From an uncultured Phycisphaerales bacterium (GTDB lineage Bacteria > Planctomycetota > Phycisphaerae > Sedimentisphaerales > Anaerobacaceae), in the NCBI GenBank assembly GCA_963772725.1, contig CAVYYI010000001.1, positions 800,001 through 864,000 of the forward strand: a DNA stretch of 64,000 nt, in the 5' to 3' direction. Both the position numbers and the translations under genes were made by a program. This document shows, piece by piece, positions 16,811 to 27,117 of the stretch. The first letter of the stretch is position 1; each line of letters starts with the position of its first letter. A model generated the notes under the pieces. The model was not told the origin of the DNA. It did not search any database and saw nothing but the letters and a program-made list of their open reading frames with translations.

Positions 16811-17249
16811 TGATAACTCCCTTCATTTGAAAAACTCTATATACTTTGGCGAAATGACCGCCCCACATGCTTTTGGATTTGCCGACGTAAACGATGCGAA
16901 TGAATTTGCCGACGAGCTGCTCGTTTTGGCTGAAGATTTTTTGGAGCTGCTTATTTGCGAAAAACTCTTCGACTTCGCCGCCGCCGTCCTTAACTACACC
17001 GCCCTGCTTTTTCTCATAGCATTCTATGCGAAAAGATTTTGTGCGTTTGATGGTATTATTTTGACGGCTACCGTAAAGAAATTTGCCGTAAAGAAAATCG
17101 CCGATCTCGCGAAAAATGAAAAATTCGCGACCAGAAGGAGTGAATGTTTTTGTGTAAAAATTGTCACCTAAAAGAAGAGTTTTGGTAAAACTTTCCGAAA
17201 CTTCTACTTCGCCCTGCTTAGGTCCGTCCATAACACCGTTCAAAACCAT
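16758..17249 (-). CDS. Candidate OB-fold single-stranded DNA-binding protein
   Basis: F..IGDFLYGKF ... KQL ... GKFIRIVYVGK ... KVYRV pattern resembles small viral OB-fold proteins; first gene of the element. Confidence 0.55.
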   Translation of the reverse strand: MVLNGVMDGPKQGEVEVSESFTKTLLLGDNFYTKTFTPSGREFFIFREIGDFLYGKFLYGSRQNNTIKRTKSFRIECYEKKQGGVVKDGGGEVEEFFANKQLQKIFSQNEQLVGKFIRIVYVGKSKSMWGGHFAKVYRVFQMKGVISEQETEVNTKAGRKKTK

Positions 17250-17267
17250 GAATTTGTCCCTAAATTC

Positions 17268-17295
17268 TGGATATTGAATATATGTTATGTTTCAT
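17268..17295 (+). other. attR hybrid dif-like site: TGGATATTGAA-TATATG-TTATGTTTCAT
   Basis: Same spacer and near-identical XerD arm as 6511-6538; XerC arm degenerate. Confidence 0.8.
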
Positions 17296-17372
17296 TCAGG
17301 TTTTTCAGTTCAAAAGGCGATGCGTATGATAATTGCCGAAAATCTTCAATATTGAGTCAGTAATTAAGCTTT

Positions 17373-18952
17373 TTACAACTCTTTGCCGGCTAAATCGGCA
17401 AGATTATCCCACATAGCCGCCGCTTTATCCAGCAAGCCGAGGTTTTGCAGGATTATCGCAATATTAAATGTCGCATCCCCCGGCGTAAAAATATTTTCTA
17501 TATTATGTTCAAGGTTAATCAGAGAGGACGCAAATTTGATGCTGTCACAGTAAAGTAAAGCTGTCTTGTAATGCAATTCGAGCAATTCTTTGTTCGAGAC
17601 AATCCGGGCCGATTAAATTTTCCATCGCCGAATCTTTTTGCCCCATTTCAAGCAGACAAATCGCCAGTTTATTTCTTGCACGCGAAAAAGTAGGATTTAT
17701 CGCAAGGGCGTTTAACAATGCTGTCGCGGCGCTATCCAATGATTTTCCGTACATCAAAAGCAATCCGAGCCGATGATATAAATCCGGATTGCCTGGCTGA
17801 ACGGCAATTTGCCTCTGGTGGGCCGCAATTATATGCCCCATAAGTTCCTGTGAATTTACATCACAATCGGAACATAAATCGTTATTCCTGCAAATGGTAA
17901 ATTGCAATGCCGCAGTATGTGCGAAAAGGAGCAAACTATTTGACTGGATAGACGATGCCAAAGATAATGTTGAAAAAGCCTCCGCAATATTATTATTCAT
18001 CTTCTTGGCTATTGCCAAGCCGATATAGGCGTCAACTATACGTTCGTTTATCTCAATAGCCCTGTTGAACTGCCGGGCCGCGAATTCATGATGACCCATG
18101 CGCAAATATTGCGTCCCAAGTTTGATATTGGCCTCAAGAAATTCCGCAAAAGAATCTACCGTTTCCTCATATTGCTCCAGGGCTTCGCTTTCCGAACCGA
18201 GCATATTCAATACGTCTGCCCGCCTAAGCCGCAAATCAGGTCTTTCCGGCTCATCTTCCAGCAGTTCGTCAATCTTTTCTATGGCGTCGAGGTATTGCTG
18301 CTCCTCGATAAGTTCCTCAACCTCATCGTTATCAGCGTTAAAATTATCCGGGTGTATCAGGATTGCCGTATTGAATGTCTCGGCAGCGAGTCGCATATCG
18401 TCTATATGCTATATATAAATAACCAAGTAACACAAGAGACGTTACATCGTCGGGGTATTCCTGTTTAAGCAGCTCATACTGCTCAATGGCTTTTTCAAGT
18501 CTCCCGTTTTTCAGATATATCGCCGCAAGCCGCTGGCATGGAAACTGAAGATAATTCTTGAATTTCAGGCAGTCCTGATAAAACTCTATAGCTTCCTGCT
18601 CTTTCCCGAGCCGTTCATAACAATGCCCCATCGCGTAAAGCGCCATCGTGTTATTAGGCTGACGTGAATAAACCGACGTCAGCTCATCAATCGCGTTTTG
18701 TATCTGGCCTTGTCTGATACACAATGCCGCTGCCGCCATACGTCCGTTAATGCATAGTGAGTTCTCAAACAGATACAGCCTTAACTGCTGCTGTGCCGAA
18801 TCGAGCTTGTTATTGTCTATCAGATTGATTACCTGACTAAGCTGCGAATAAGAACCGCTGCCTGTTGCCCTTATGCTTTTTAACCCCTGCAGCATTAACG
18901 CGGACACATCTATCGTCATTCCCCTGCCGAGAATCTCCAGTAAAACGCTCAT
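17373..18952 (-). CDS. TPR-repeat protein split into three ORFs by two frameshifts
   Basis: Overlapping ORFs 18344-18952, 17545-18396 and 17373-17585 all carry TPR-like helices in register. Confidence 0.75.
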
Positions 18953-19115
18953 ACACCCTCGCTAATAGAGTATTAAATCAAACGTTCCTTATTTTCCTGC
19001 TGTTATATCGACAATTCGACCGGCATGGTTAATCTGCTGTGATAATTATCTCCCTCATCTTGCCCTGCCGCAAAACATCTTGCTTATGGGACGTTCCGAG
19101 CAAAGAACCACGAAC

Positions 19116-19871
19116 TTATTCCAGATGTACAACCCCCCTCTTTTTATCGGCTTCAATTTTGGCCTTTTTTATTATATCGTAAAGCTCACGAGCACCGCGT
19201 ATCTTCTTGAAAGCAAATTCCGCGTCGGTTTTATCGTTAGTAATCAGCACTACCGTCCCTATTCCGACAACGCAATCAAATACCGTCCGCCGAAGTTTCA
19301 TGTCAACAATCCTGAACATATCGAGGTTATCGACCCTTTTATCGAACACCCCCCTGCCCCACTCTATCCTGTCGGGCGTAATTTCATAATAAATGGTTTT
19401 AAGGCAGACCCATTTCCATGTTAGTACAATCGCTCCTCCCAGAACCGCACATAAGCCAATAAGAATACGCCAATGTCCCACAGTCGTAAGCAAAATGGTA
19501 TCCTTTTCCGCCGCACCGCTGACCATTTTCTCTATCGGAATCGCCATCAGCAGAATAGCCGCCGCAAGAAATATGCTTCCTTTGGTTATGACTGATGCCA
19601 TCGACCAGCCCGATGGCCGGCAGTGAAACAGTACACCCTGCCCGTTTTTAACATCTACACCTTCATTTGTGCTGGGGTTTTGGACAGTTTGAATTGCGAT
19701 GGCCTTTTCGGTATTGAGAAATTCGTTGCAGAATCGGCATTTTATCGCCTTAGCCTGTATTACCTCAGCACAGAATGGACATAATTTCGTCTGCTGTCCA
19801 GGCTCCTGCTCCGATTCTTTCACGGGAAAGCTGAATCGCGTTCCTTTGCCTTGTGTAGCATTATTTTCCAT
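19116..19871 (-). CDS. Zn-ribbon + bacterial PH domain membrane protein
   Basis: CPFCAEVIQAKAIKCRFC, two TMs, YEITPDRI..RGVF..RIVD...GIGTV bPH_2-like domain. Confidence 0.85.
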   Translation of the reverse strand: MENNATQGKGTRFSFPVKESEQEPGQQTKLCPFCAEVIQAKAIKCRFCNEFLNTEKAIAIQTVQNPSTNEGVDVKNGQGVLFHCRPSGWSMASVITKGSIFLAAAILLMAIPIEKMVSGAAEKDTILLTTVGHWRILIGLCAVLGGAIVLTWKWVCLKTIYYEITPDRIEWGRGVFDKRVDNLDMFRIVDMKLRRTVFDCVVGIGTVVLITNDKTDAEFAFKKIRGARELYDIIKKAKIEADKKRGVVHLE

Positions 19872-20080
19872 AGTAATATTATCGGAAACATTACCCCGAT
19901 TCCTGAAATATTTAGCTTATTCTCGTTTGCTCTACGCTATCCGCTTCTGCCGCAAAAATAATCAAATCGCCGGGTTGACATTACATTTCCGGTCGGCTAA
20001 AGTGAGGACAAAAGAAATTTTAATTGATGTTTTTTCGGCAGCGGCCACAGAAAATGCAGGATTACGAAAGGGACATACAA

Positions 20081-20653
20081 ATGGACTTAAAAGGCAGTCA
20101 GACTGAAAAGAATTTAATGACGGCGTTCGCGGGCGAATCCCAGGCACGCAACAGGTACACCTTTTTTGCAAGTCAGGCGAGAAAAGAAGGTTATGAGCAG
20201 ATAGCGGCCATCTTCGAAGAGACAGCGAACCAGGAAAAGGAACATGCCAAACGGGAATTCCAGTTCCTCCGGGGGGGCGAAGTTGAAATTACCGCGTCTT
20301 TTCCCGCAGGTGTCATTGGCACTACACTTGAGAACCTCAAAGAGGCGGCGGCGGGTGAACATTATGAAACAACGCAGATGTACCCCGCTTTTGCAGAAGC
20401 GGCATCCAAGGAAGGTTTTAAGGAAATCGCGGGCTTTTTCAGAAATATCGTCATTGCAGAAAACCGTCATAAGGAACGGTATCTGGCCCTCGCGAAGAAT
20501 CTTATCGAGAAAACTATTTTCAAGAGACCAAAAGCCGTGCGATGGGTCTGCCGGAATTGCGGTTACGTCTATGAAGGGACAGACGCACTGAAAACATGTC
20601 CCGTATGTGCGCATCCTCAAAGCTATTCTGAAATCGAGGCGATTAATTATTAA
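20081..20653 (+). CDS. rbr: Rubrerythrin
   Basis: TEKNLMTAFAGESQARNRY, EKEHA, C-terminal CRNCG..CPVC; start at MDLKG. Confidence 0.96.
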   Translation: MDLKGSQTEKNLMTAFAGESQARNRYTFFASQARKEGYEQIAAIFEETANQEKEHAKREFQFLRGGEVEITASFPAGVIGTTLENLKEAAAGEHYETTQMYPAFAEAASKEGFKEIAGFFRNIVIAENRHKERYLALAKNLIEKTIFKRPKAVRWVCRNCGYVYEGTDALKTCPVCAHPQSYSEIEAINY

Positions 20654-20678
20654 TTACTTAAACTGAGTTATCGCCAAA

Positions 20679-20742
20679 TGTCATTCCAGCGTAAGCGGGA
20701 ATCCACTTTTCTGAAATGGATACCTGCTTTCGCAGATATGAC
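20679..20742. repeat. REP/dRS3-like paired palindromic repeat
   Basis: TGTCATTCCAGCGTAAGCGGGAATCCA...TGGATACCTGCTTTCGCAGATATGACA; family copies at 21475-21545 and 32149-32176. Confidence 0.8.
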
Positions 20743-20934
20743 AAGTCGAATCGGTCAGTTTGAATTATAGGCATTCCCCTAATCTCAAATCAGGGTTTTT
20801 ACTTATTGTAAGTTAAGCGGTTTTAGGGTAACAAAGGGGGAATGACAGGATTTACGCGACAAAAAGATGCTGTTAAGATAGTTTTGACAGCGGTTGTTTT
20901 ATGCTTTACGATTTTTAGCTGTAAGGAGAATCCC

Positions 20935-21450
20935 ATGAAAGAACGCAAAGGTCAAATAACATTCAAGGGCAACCCGTTAACGCTTTTAGGCGGCGAGTTG
21001 AAAACAGGTCAGCAGGCACCCGATTTTACGGTTATTGCCAACGATATGTCGGAGGTAAAATTTTCCTCCTTTGCTGGCAAGGTTTGCATTATTTGCTCGG
21101 TGCCGTCACTCGATACGCCTGTGTGCGATACCGAGACGCGAAGGTTTAATGAAGAGGCATCCAACCTGGGTGACAGCGTAAAGGTGCTGACAATCAGTAT
21201 GGATTTGCCCTTTGCCCAGAAGCGATGGTGCGGAGCGGCGGGCATCACCAATGTCCAGACCCTTTCCGACCATCGTGACGCCAATTTCGGTATGACCTAT
21301 GGCGTTTTGATTAAGGAACTCAGATTGCTGGCAAGAACTGTATTTGTCGTGGACAAAAACGGGAAAATCGCTTATATACAGATTGTAAAGGAAATGACCA
21401 GCGAGCCGGATTATCAGGCTGTCCTGGATGCCGCAAAAAAATTAATATAG
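20935..21450 (+). CDS. tpx: Thiol peroxidase (atypical 2-Cys peroxiredoxin)
   Basis: VPSLDTPVC, ISMDLPFAQKRWC; AAGGAG RBS before MKERK. Confidence 0.95.
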   Translation: MKERKGQITFKGNPLTLLGGELKTGQQAPDFTVIANDMSEVKFSSFAGKVCIICSVPSLDTPVCDTETRRFNEEASNLGDSVKVLTISMDLPFAQKRWCGAAGITNVQTLSDHRDANFGMTYGVLIKELRLLARTVFVVDKNGKIAYIQIVKEMTSEPDYQAVLDAAKKLI

Positions 21451-21474
21451 TGGTTTAAATAAAATAACAAAATA

Positions 21475-21545
21475 CTGTCATTCCCGCGAAAGCGGGAATC
21501 CAAAACAAATACAAAAACTGGATACCTGCTTTAGCAGGTATGACA
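21475..21545. repeat. REP/dRS3-like paired palindromic repeat
   Basis: CTGTCATTCCCGCGAAAGCGGGAATCCA...TGGATACCTGCTTTAGCAGGTATGACA. Confidence 0.8.
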
Positions 21546-21556
21546 AAAGGGTAAAT

Positions 21557-22738
21557 ATGCGACAGATAAAACAAGACATATATGAAGTAGGCGCAATTGA
21601 CTGGGATAGAAGGTTATTTGACGAATTAGTTCCCCTGCCGGACGGCACAAGTTACAACGCTTACCTGATAAAAGGCTCTGAGAAAATCGCTTTACTCGAT
21701 ACGGTTGACCCGACAAAAACGTCCGTACTTATTGACAACCTTCTTAAATGCGGCATCGACAGAATCGATTACATAGTTTCCCATCACGCCGAGCAGGACC
21801 ACTCGGGAAGCATTCCAGAGGTCTTAATGCTTTACCCGCTGGCAAAAGTGGTGACGAATGACAAATGCAAAACTATGCTGATGGATATGCTCGAAATCAG
21901 CGAGAATAAATTTATTACCGTTCAAGATGGTGAGACTCTGTCACTGGGCAATAAAACTCTAAAGTTCATCTTTATCCCGTGGGTTCACTGGCCTGAGACT
22001 ATGGGAACATATCTGTCTGAAGACAAGATATTTTTCCCCTGCGATTTTTTCGGCTCTCACCTGGCAGCGAGCAATTTGTTTGTCGAAGATGAAACCGTTG
22101 TTTATGAGTCAGCAAAGCGGTATTACGCGGAAATAATGATGCCGTTTCGTGCAGCGATAAAAAAGAACCTCGAAAAAATTGCTCCGCTTGAAATCAAGAT
22201 AATCGCATCCAGTCACGGCCCCATTTATAACAAACCAGCCTTTATCATCGACGCTTACAAGGACTGGGCAAGCGACAATGTCAAAAACGAGGTGGTACTG
22301 CCTTACGTCTCAATGCACGGCAGCACACACAAAATGGTGGAATATTTAGTGGATTGCCTGATTGAACGAGGCATCACCGTAAAGCAGTTCAATTTGCCCG
22401 TAACAGACATCGGGAAGTTAGCCATATCGCTTGTGGATGCAGCCACGATTGTGATTGGCAGTCCGACTGTACTGGTCGGAGCACATCCGGCGGCGGCTTA
22501 TGCCTGCGTCTTGACAAACGCGCTCAGGCCCAAAGCTAAATTTGCTTCGATTATCGGTTCTTACGGCTGGGCAGGAAAAATGACCGAACAGCTCACAAGC
22601 TTAATTCCAAATCTGAAAGTGGAGTTAATCCCACCGGTCATAGCAAAAGGTTATCTAAAGGACGCTGATTTTGCGGCACTGGATAAGCTCGCCGATGAGA
22701 TTCTGGCTAAACATAAAGGACTTGGAATCAGCAATTAA
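21557..22738 (+). CDS. fprA: Flavodiiron protein (A-type flavoprotein)
   Basis: [25 protein letters not shown], flavodoxin SMHGST and GSYGW. Confidence 0.95.
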   Translation: MRQIKQDIYEVGAIDWDRRLFDELVPLPDGTSYNAYLIKGSEKIALLDTVDPTKTSVLIDNLLKCGIDRIDYIVSHHAEQDHSGSIPEVLMLYPLAKVVTNDKCKTMLMDMLEISENKFITVQDGETLSLGNKTLKFIFIPWVHWPETMGTYLSEDKIFFPCDFFGSHLAASNLFVEDETVVYESAKRYYAEIMMPFRAAIKKNLEKIAPLEIKIIASSHGPIYNKPAFIIDAYKDWASDNVKNEVVLPYVSMHGSTHKMVEYLVDCLIERGITVKQFNLPVTDIGKLAISLVDAATIVIGSPTVLVGAHPAAAYACVLTNALRPKAKFASIIGSYGWAGKMTEQLTSLIPNLKVELIPPVIAKGYLKDADFAALDKLADEILAKHKGLGISN

Positions 22739-22751
22739 AAAAGGAGTAATT

Positions 22752-23126
22752 ATGGCGAAAAAACTGGATGTTTACAAGTGTATGGTCTGTGGTATTCTCG
22801 TTGAAGTTCTTCACGGTGGTGACGGAGAAATGGTGTGCTGCGGCCAGCCGATGAGAAATATGACCGCTAACACTACCGACGCGGCCAAAGAAAAACATGT
22901 ACCGGTAATTGAAAAAGCTGATGGCATTATTAAAGTCAAGGTCGGCAGCATAGCGCATCCGATGGAGGAAAAACACTTTATCGAATGGATTGAACTGCTC
23001 GCCGACGGTAAGGCGTATCGGCAGTTTCTAAAGCCGGGTGATGCCCCTGAAGCAATTTTTAATATCACGGCCGATGTTGCCGAAGCACGGGAACATTGTA
23101 ACATTCACGGAATGTGGAAAGGATAG
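22752..23126 (+). CDS. dfx: Desulfoferrodoxin (superoxide reductase)
   Basis: [44 protein letters not shown]. Confidence 0.96.
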   Translation: MAKKLDVYKCMVCGILVEVLHGGDGEMVCCGQPMRNMTANTTDAAKEKHVPVIEKADGIIKVKVGSIAHPMEEKHFIEWIELLADGKAYRQFLKPGDAPEAIFNITADVAEAREHCNIHGMWKG

Positions 23127-23129
23127 TAT

Positions 23130-23624
23130 ATGGCCATCACTTTTAACGCTGATGAAGTCTTTGAAATGGCGGAAGAAATTGAACGTAACGCTGCTGCCTT
23201 TTACCGCGAGGCGGCTAAGATTACTAAAGATAAAGACACAAATAAAATGCTGCTCGATTTGGCTTCAATGGAAGACGGCCATATGATTATTTTTAAGGAG
23301 ATGCGTCTTCATCTGACTGGCGAAGAAAAGGAACGTACTACCTTTGACCCCGATAATGAGGCCGCGATGTATCTGCAAACAATGGCAGATATTCACGGCA
23401 CAGAAGGGAAAATAAGCCGGACAAAGAAATTAACCGGAACAGAATCGACAGAAGAAATTTTGAAGATTGCCCTGAATTCTGAAAAGGATTCGGTGGTTTT
23501 TTATTGCGGTTTACGCAACTATGTCTCCGACAAGGCAGGCAGTGACAAACTTGCAGCGATTGTCCGCGAGGAAATCAGTCATATAACCGCGATAAATAAA
23601 AAATTAATAGCATTAAAAAAATAA
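23130..23624 (+). CDS. Ferritin-like/rubrerythrin family protein
   Basis: E..A.FY, EDGH, EKDS..FY, EEISH diiron motifs. Confidence 0.88.
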   Translation: MAITFNADEVFEMAEEIERNAAAFYREAAKITKDKDTNKMLLDLASMEDGHMIIFKEMRLHLTGEEKERTTFDPDNEAAMYLQTMADIHGTEGKISRTKKLTGTESTEEILKIALNSEKDSVVFYCGLRNYVSDKAGSDKLAAIVREEISHITAINKKLIALKK

Positions 23625-23647
23625 CGGATTTTGGAGTCAATATACAA

Positions 23648-23812
23648 ATGAAAAAATACAGATGTTTGGTTTGTGGATATATCTATGACCCTGCGATAGG
23701 CGACCCGGATAACGGAGTAAAAGCCGGTACCGCCTTTGAAAACCTGCCCGCAGGTTGGGTGTGTCCCGAATGCGGCGTCGGAACGGACGAATTTGAACCC
23801 GTTAACGATTAA
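23648..23812 (+). CDS. rub: Rubredoxin (54 aa), not in ORF track
   Basis: [54 protein letters not shown]. Confidence 0.96.
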   Translation: MKKYRCLVCGYIYDPAIGDPDNGVKAGTAFENLPAGWVCPECGVGTDEFEPVND

Positions 23813-23840
23813 ATAGTTTAATCAGTTTGAGTAAGGGGGT

Positions 23841-25395
23841 ATGATGCCTGAAATTAAACCGTCGGTAACATCTCAGGATATCCTGTGCCAGGAAGCAATA
23901 GCGACTCCTAACGCAATGGTTGTTTTTGGCGCATCGGGAAACCTGGCCCGTAACAAATTGTTCGGGAGCATATTTTCGATTTTCAAACGCGGCCTATTGA
24001 GTGAAAACTTTTACCTCCTCGGCTGCGGAAGAACCAACTTATCAGACCAGATGTTCCGAAAAGAGGTTGAAGAAGCGATAAAAGAATCTGTATCCGGCAC
24101 ATTGGCAGAGGATATAAAACTTTTCGTAAATAAACTTTATTTCGTAAGCGGTAATTATAACGATGAAATGTTTTACGAAAATATCAAAGAGCGTCTTTCT
24201 GAACTTGATATTAAGCACAAGGTTGACGGCAGCCGTATTTTTTATCTGGCCGTCCCCCCTGCCATGTACAGCACGATAGTCGAACATCTCAGAACATCAA
24301 GACTGTCCTGTATTGACCAACCTGCTCCTCAGCCGAAAGTTAAGCTTGTAGTCGAAAAACCGTTCGGACATGATTTGCAAAGTGCCGTTGCGTTAAACAG
24401 CATTATCCGCCGCTGTTTCGATGAGTCTCAGATTTACCGTATAGACCATTATCTCGGCAAGGAAACAGTGCAGAACCTTTTGATGTTCCGTTTTGCCAAC
24501 GCGATTTTTGAGCCGATTTGGAACCGAAATTACATCGACCACATCCAGATTACAATAGCCGAATCGATAGGAATTGAAGGCCGCGGCAGCTACTACGATA
24601 AAACCGGCGCTCTGCGTGACATGTTTCAAAACCACATGCTCTCAATGCTCTCGATTGTGGCAATGGAGCAGCCCATTTCTTTCAACGCGGACGATATTCG
24701 CAACGAAGAACTAAAAGTTCTGCAGTCGATACGGCAATTCAATAGCGACACAATAAAGAAAAATATTATCAGAGGTCAATACGGACCGGGCGAGTTCGGC
24801 AGTCAGAAGATTGTCGGTTATCGCGACGAACCAGATGTAGATGCTAAGTCGAACACTGAAACTTTTGTGGCCGCAAAAGTATTTATCGACAACTGGCGAT
24901 GGAAGGACGTTCCATTTTATCTGCGCACCGGCAAACGAATGAACGCCAAGGATACAGAAATAGCCATCATCTTCAAAAAAGTGCCTTATTCCATGTTTAT
25001 TGCCGCCGGGATTGAGGATATGCCGCCAAACGTGCTTGTCTTTCAGATACAACCCGAAGAGGGTATTTCGCTGAGTTTTCAGGCAAAGCGTCCAGGCTCA
25101 AAATTATGTATCGAGCACCCTTAATATGAACTTCAATTACCAGAGTGTTTTCGGAGTTACCGCCATGCCGGAAGCATATCAAAGACTTCTCCTTGATTGT
25201 ATGGTTGGCGATCAGACTTTGTTTACCAGGTACGACAGCGTCGAAGCTTCGTGGAAATTTTTGGCTCCTATCCTTGAAGCGTGGGAAAAAGACGATTCGC
25301 AGCCTCATCAATATCTCTCTGGGGGGACTTTTGAAGAGTCCAACAGCCTGATTGAGTCAGACGGGAGAAAGTGGCGAAATATCGGCGGAAAATAA
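23841..25395 (+). CDS. zwf: Glucose-6-phosphate 1-dehydrogenase, one frameshift near 25115
   Basis: GASGNLA, EKPFG, RIDHYLGKE, RDMFQNH, YLRTGK; C-terminal EAYQRLLLD..GDQTLF in ORF 25126-25395. Confidence 0.93.
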
Positions 25396-25416
25396 AATTT
25401 TACAGTGAGGGGAATT

Positions 25417-25902
25417 ATGAATATCTTTGAGTTTGCAATGGAAAAGGAAAAGTTCAGCGAGGATTATTACCGCCTGCTTTCAGGCAGGACAAGCAACAAG
25501 GGATTTCAATCCATCTTCGCGATGCTGGCGGATGAAGAAGCTAAACATTACAGAATCGTTTCACGGATGAAGAACAGGGTCACCCCTGAACTTGCCGAAA
25601 CATCGGTACTGTCAAATGCTAAAGACATCTTTGTTAAAATGAAAGATTCATCAGAAAAATTTAATTTCGATATCAGTGAAATAGAGCTGTATAAGAAAGC
25701 ACAAAAGATTGAAAAGGAATCGGAAAACTTTTATCTTGAAAAGGTAAAAGAATTAACGGATGCCCCTCAGAGAAAAATTTTTGAGGTACTGGCTAATGAG
25801 GAAGACAAGCATTATTTTCTGCTGGAAAATATGGTTGAATTTGTATCCCAGCCGGACCGATGGCTCGAAAATGCCGAATGGCATCACATGGATGAATACT
25901 AA
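25417..25902 (+). CDS. Ferritin-like/rubrerythrin family protein
   Basis: EK..EDYY, EEAKH, EKESENFY, EEDKH motifs. Confidence 0.88.
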   Translation: MNIFEFAMEKEKFSEDYYRLLSGRTSNKGFQSIFAMLADEEAKHYRIVSRMKNRVTPELAETSVLSNAKDIFVKMKDSSEKFNFDISEIELYKKAQKIEKESENFYLEKVKELTDAPQRKIFEVLANEEDKHYFLLENMVEFVSQPDRWLENAEWHHMDEY

Positions 25903-26769
25903 ATGCCTGAAAGTATTATCGTGAACAAACAAACACAGCAGCTCAGGGATGCCCTGGAAACATTATACGTGAAATATAACAGGCGGGAACTGATACAGCC
26001 TGACCCGCTGCAGTTTGTGTACCGGTATTCAAAAAGAGGTGATATGGAAATTGCGGGCTTCCTCGCTTCCTGCCTGGCCTATGGCAGAGTACAACAAATC
26101 GAAAAGAGCCTGACTGTTTTGTTGAAACGTATGGGTAATAGTCCTTTGGATTATGTAATGAATTTTGATAAGAAAGAAAGTCAGACGCTCCGCAATTTTA
26201 AACACCGCTTTACAAGCGGCGATGATATTGCCGACTTGCTTGCCGTCCTAAAGTTAATTATCGGCAAATTCGGCAGTATTGAAAAATTCTTCGTCAAAGG
26301 ATACAACAGAGCAGACAGCAATATTATTCCCGCTTTGACAAAGTTCTGCGATTCTCTTCTGGCTGTACATGCCCAAAACCATAAAGGGCATATACCCAGG
26401 GGGCTTCAATACCTCCTGCCCTCCCCTGCCGCCGGCAGCGTGTGCAAAAGATTAAATCTTTTTCTCCGCTGGATGGTACGCAGAGACGATGTTGACGCAG
26501 GTCTGTGGAAATCGATAGATAAAGCCAAATTAATCATCCCCGTAGATGTCCACATGGGCAGATTATGCAAAATCCTCGGATTTTACGACCAGAAATCTGT
26601 TTCTATGAAAGCCGCCATAAAAATAACACAAGCTTTTGCTAAAATATCTCCTGACGACCCCGTTAAATATGATTTTGCGTTATCGCGAATAGGAATAGTG
26701 GAACATTGCACAGGCCGATTGCGCAAGGATTGTGAGATATGCGATTTAAGGGCATTCTGTTCAAAATAA
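25903..26769 (+). CDS. TIGR02757/DUF2400 family protein (HhH-GPD-like)
   Basis: DPLQF, LAYG, CKRLNLFLRWMVR, PVDVH, DPVKYDFAL. Confidence 0.92.
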   Translation: MPESIIVNKQTQQLRDALETLYVKYNRRELIQPDPLQFVYRYSKRGDMEIAGFLASCLAYGRVQQIEKSLTVLLKRMGNSPLDYVMNFDKKESQTLRNFKHRFTSGDDIADLLAVLKLIIGKFGSIEKFFVKGYNRADSNIIPALTKFCDSLLAVHAQNHKGHIPRGLQYLLPSPAAGSVCKRLNLFLRWMVRRDDVDAGLWKSIDKAKLIIPVDVHMGRLCKILGFYDQKSVSMKAAIKITQAFAKISPDDPVKYDFALSRIGIVEHCTGRLRKDCEICDLRAFCSK

Positions 26770-27117
26770 TAACAACTATATCCCCCTCCCTATTTTTCTC
26801 ACCACGAAGAAACAAAGTCACAAAGGTTTATTTTTTATTCTGTCTGCTGTATTCTGTGTTCTGAGTTCTATTTTTGACACGGATTAACGCGGTTTGACAC
26901 GGTTTTTGACAGGATAAAGCATAAGTTCTTTTGCTCTTATGTTCCTGTCCTCGTATGTTCTTGTGTCTTCCGTCCTTGCTCCCCTCGCAGCAGGTCATTC
27001 GTGAAATATATTATTAAGGCCATGTACACAGTTATTTGAACAGACCCCACCGAATACCTTTAATTTACCACGGTTGATAGATAATCATTGCCCGCGATTA
27101 ACTATTTTATAATCCTC

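Larger units (their letters stand above)
6520..17294 (-). mobile_element. Integrated tailless double jelly-roll provirus (~10.76 kb) inserted at dif
   Basis: 18-bp direct repeat AATATATGTTATGTTTCA at 6520-6537 and 17277-17294; ~25 tightly packed co-oriented ORFs incl. putative MCP and packaging ATPase; host genes resume on both sides. Confidence 0.88.

Noticed and set aside
6520..17294. Tailed (Caudoviricetes) prophage remnant, suggested by the collar domain and GGARPGAGRP motif
   Set aside because: No terminase large subunit, portal, HK97 capsid or tape measure; the ATPase is FtsK/HerA type and both ends are intact
20842..20934. Lipoprotein-like N-terminal extension on Tpx
   Set aside because: A strong AAGGAG RBS precedes the ATG at 20935 that matches the usual Tpx start; the extension is unsupported though not excluded
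25100..25130. Programmed frameshifting in zwf or the transposase
   Set aside because: No clear slippery site or stimulatory structure; indels are widespread in the window
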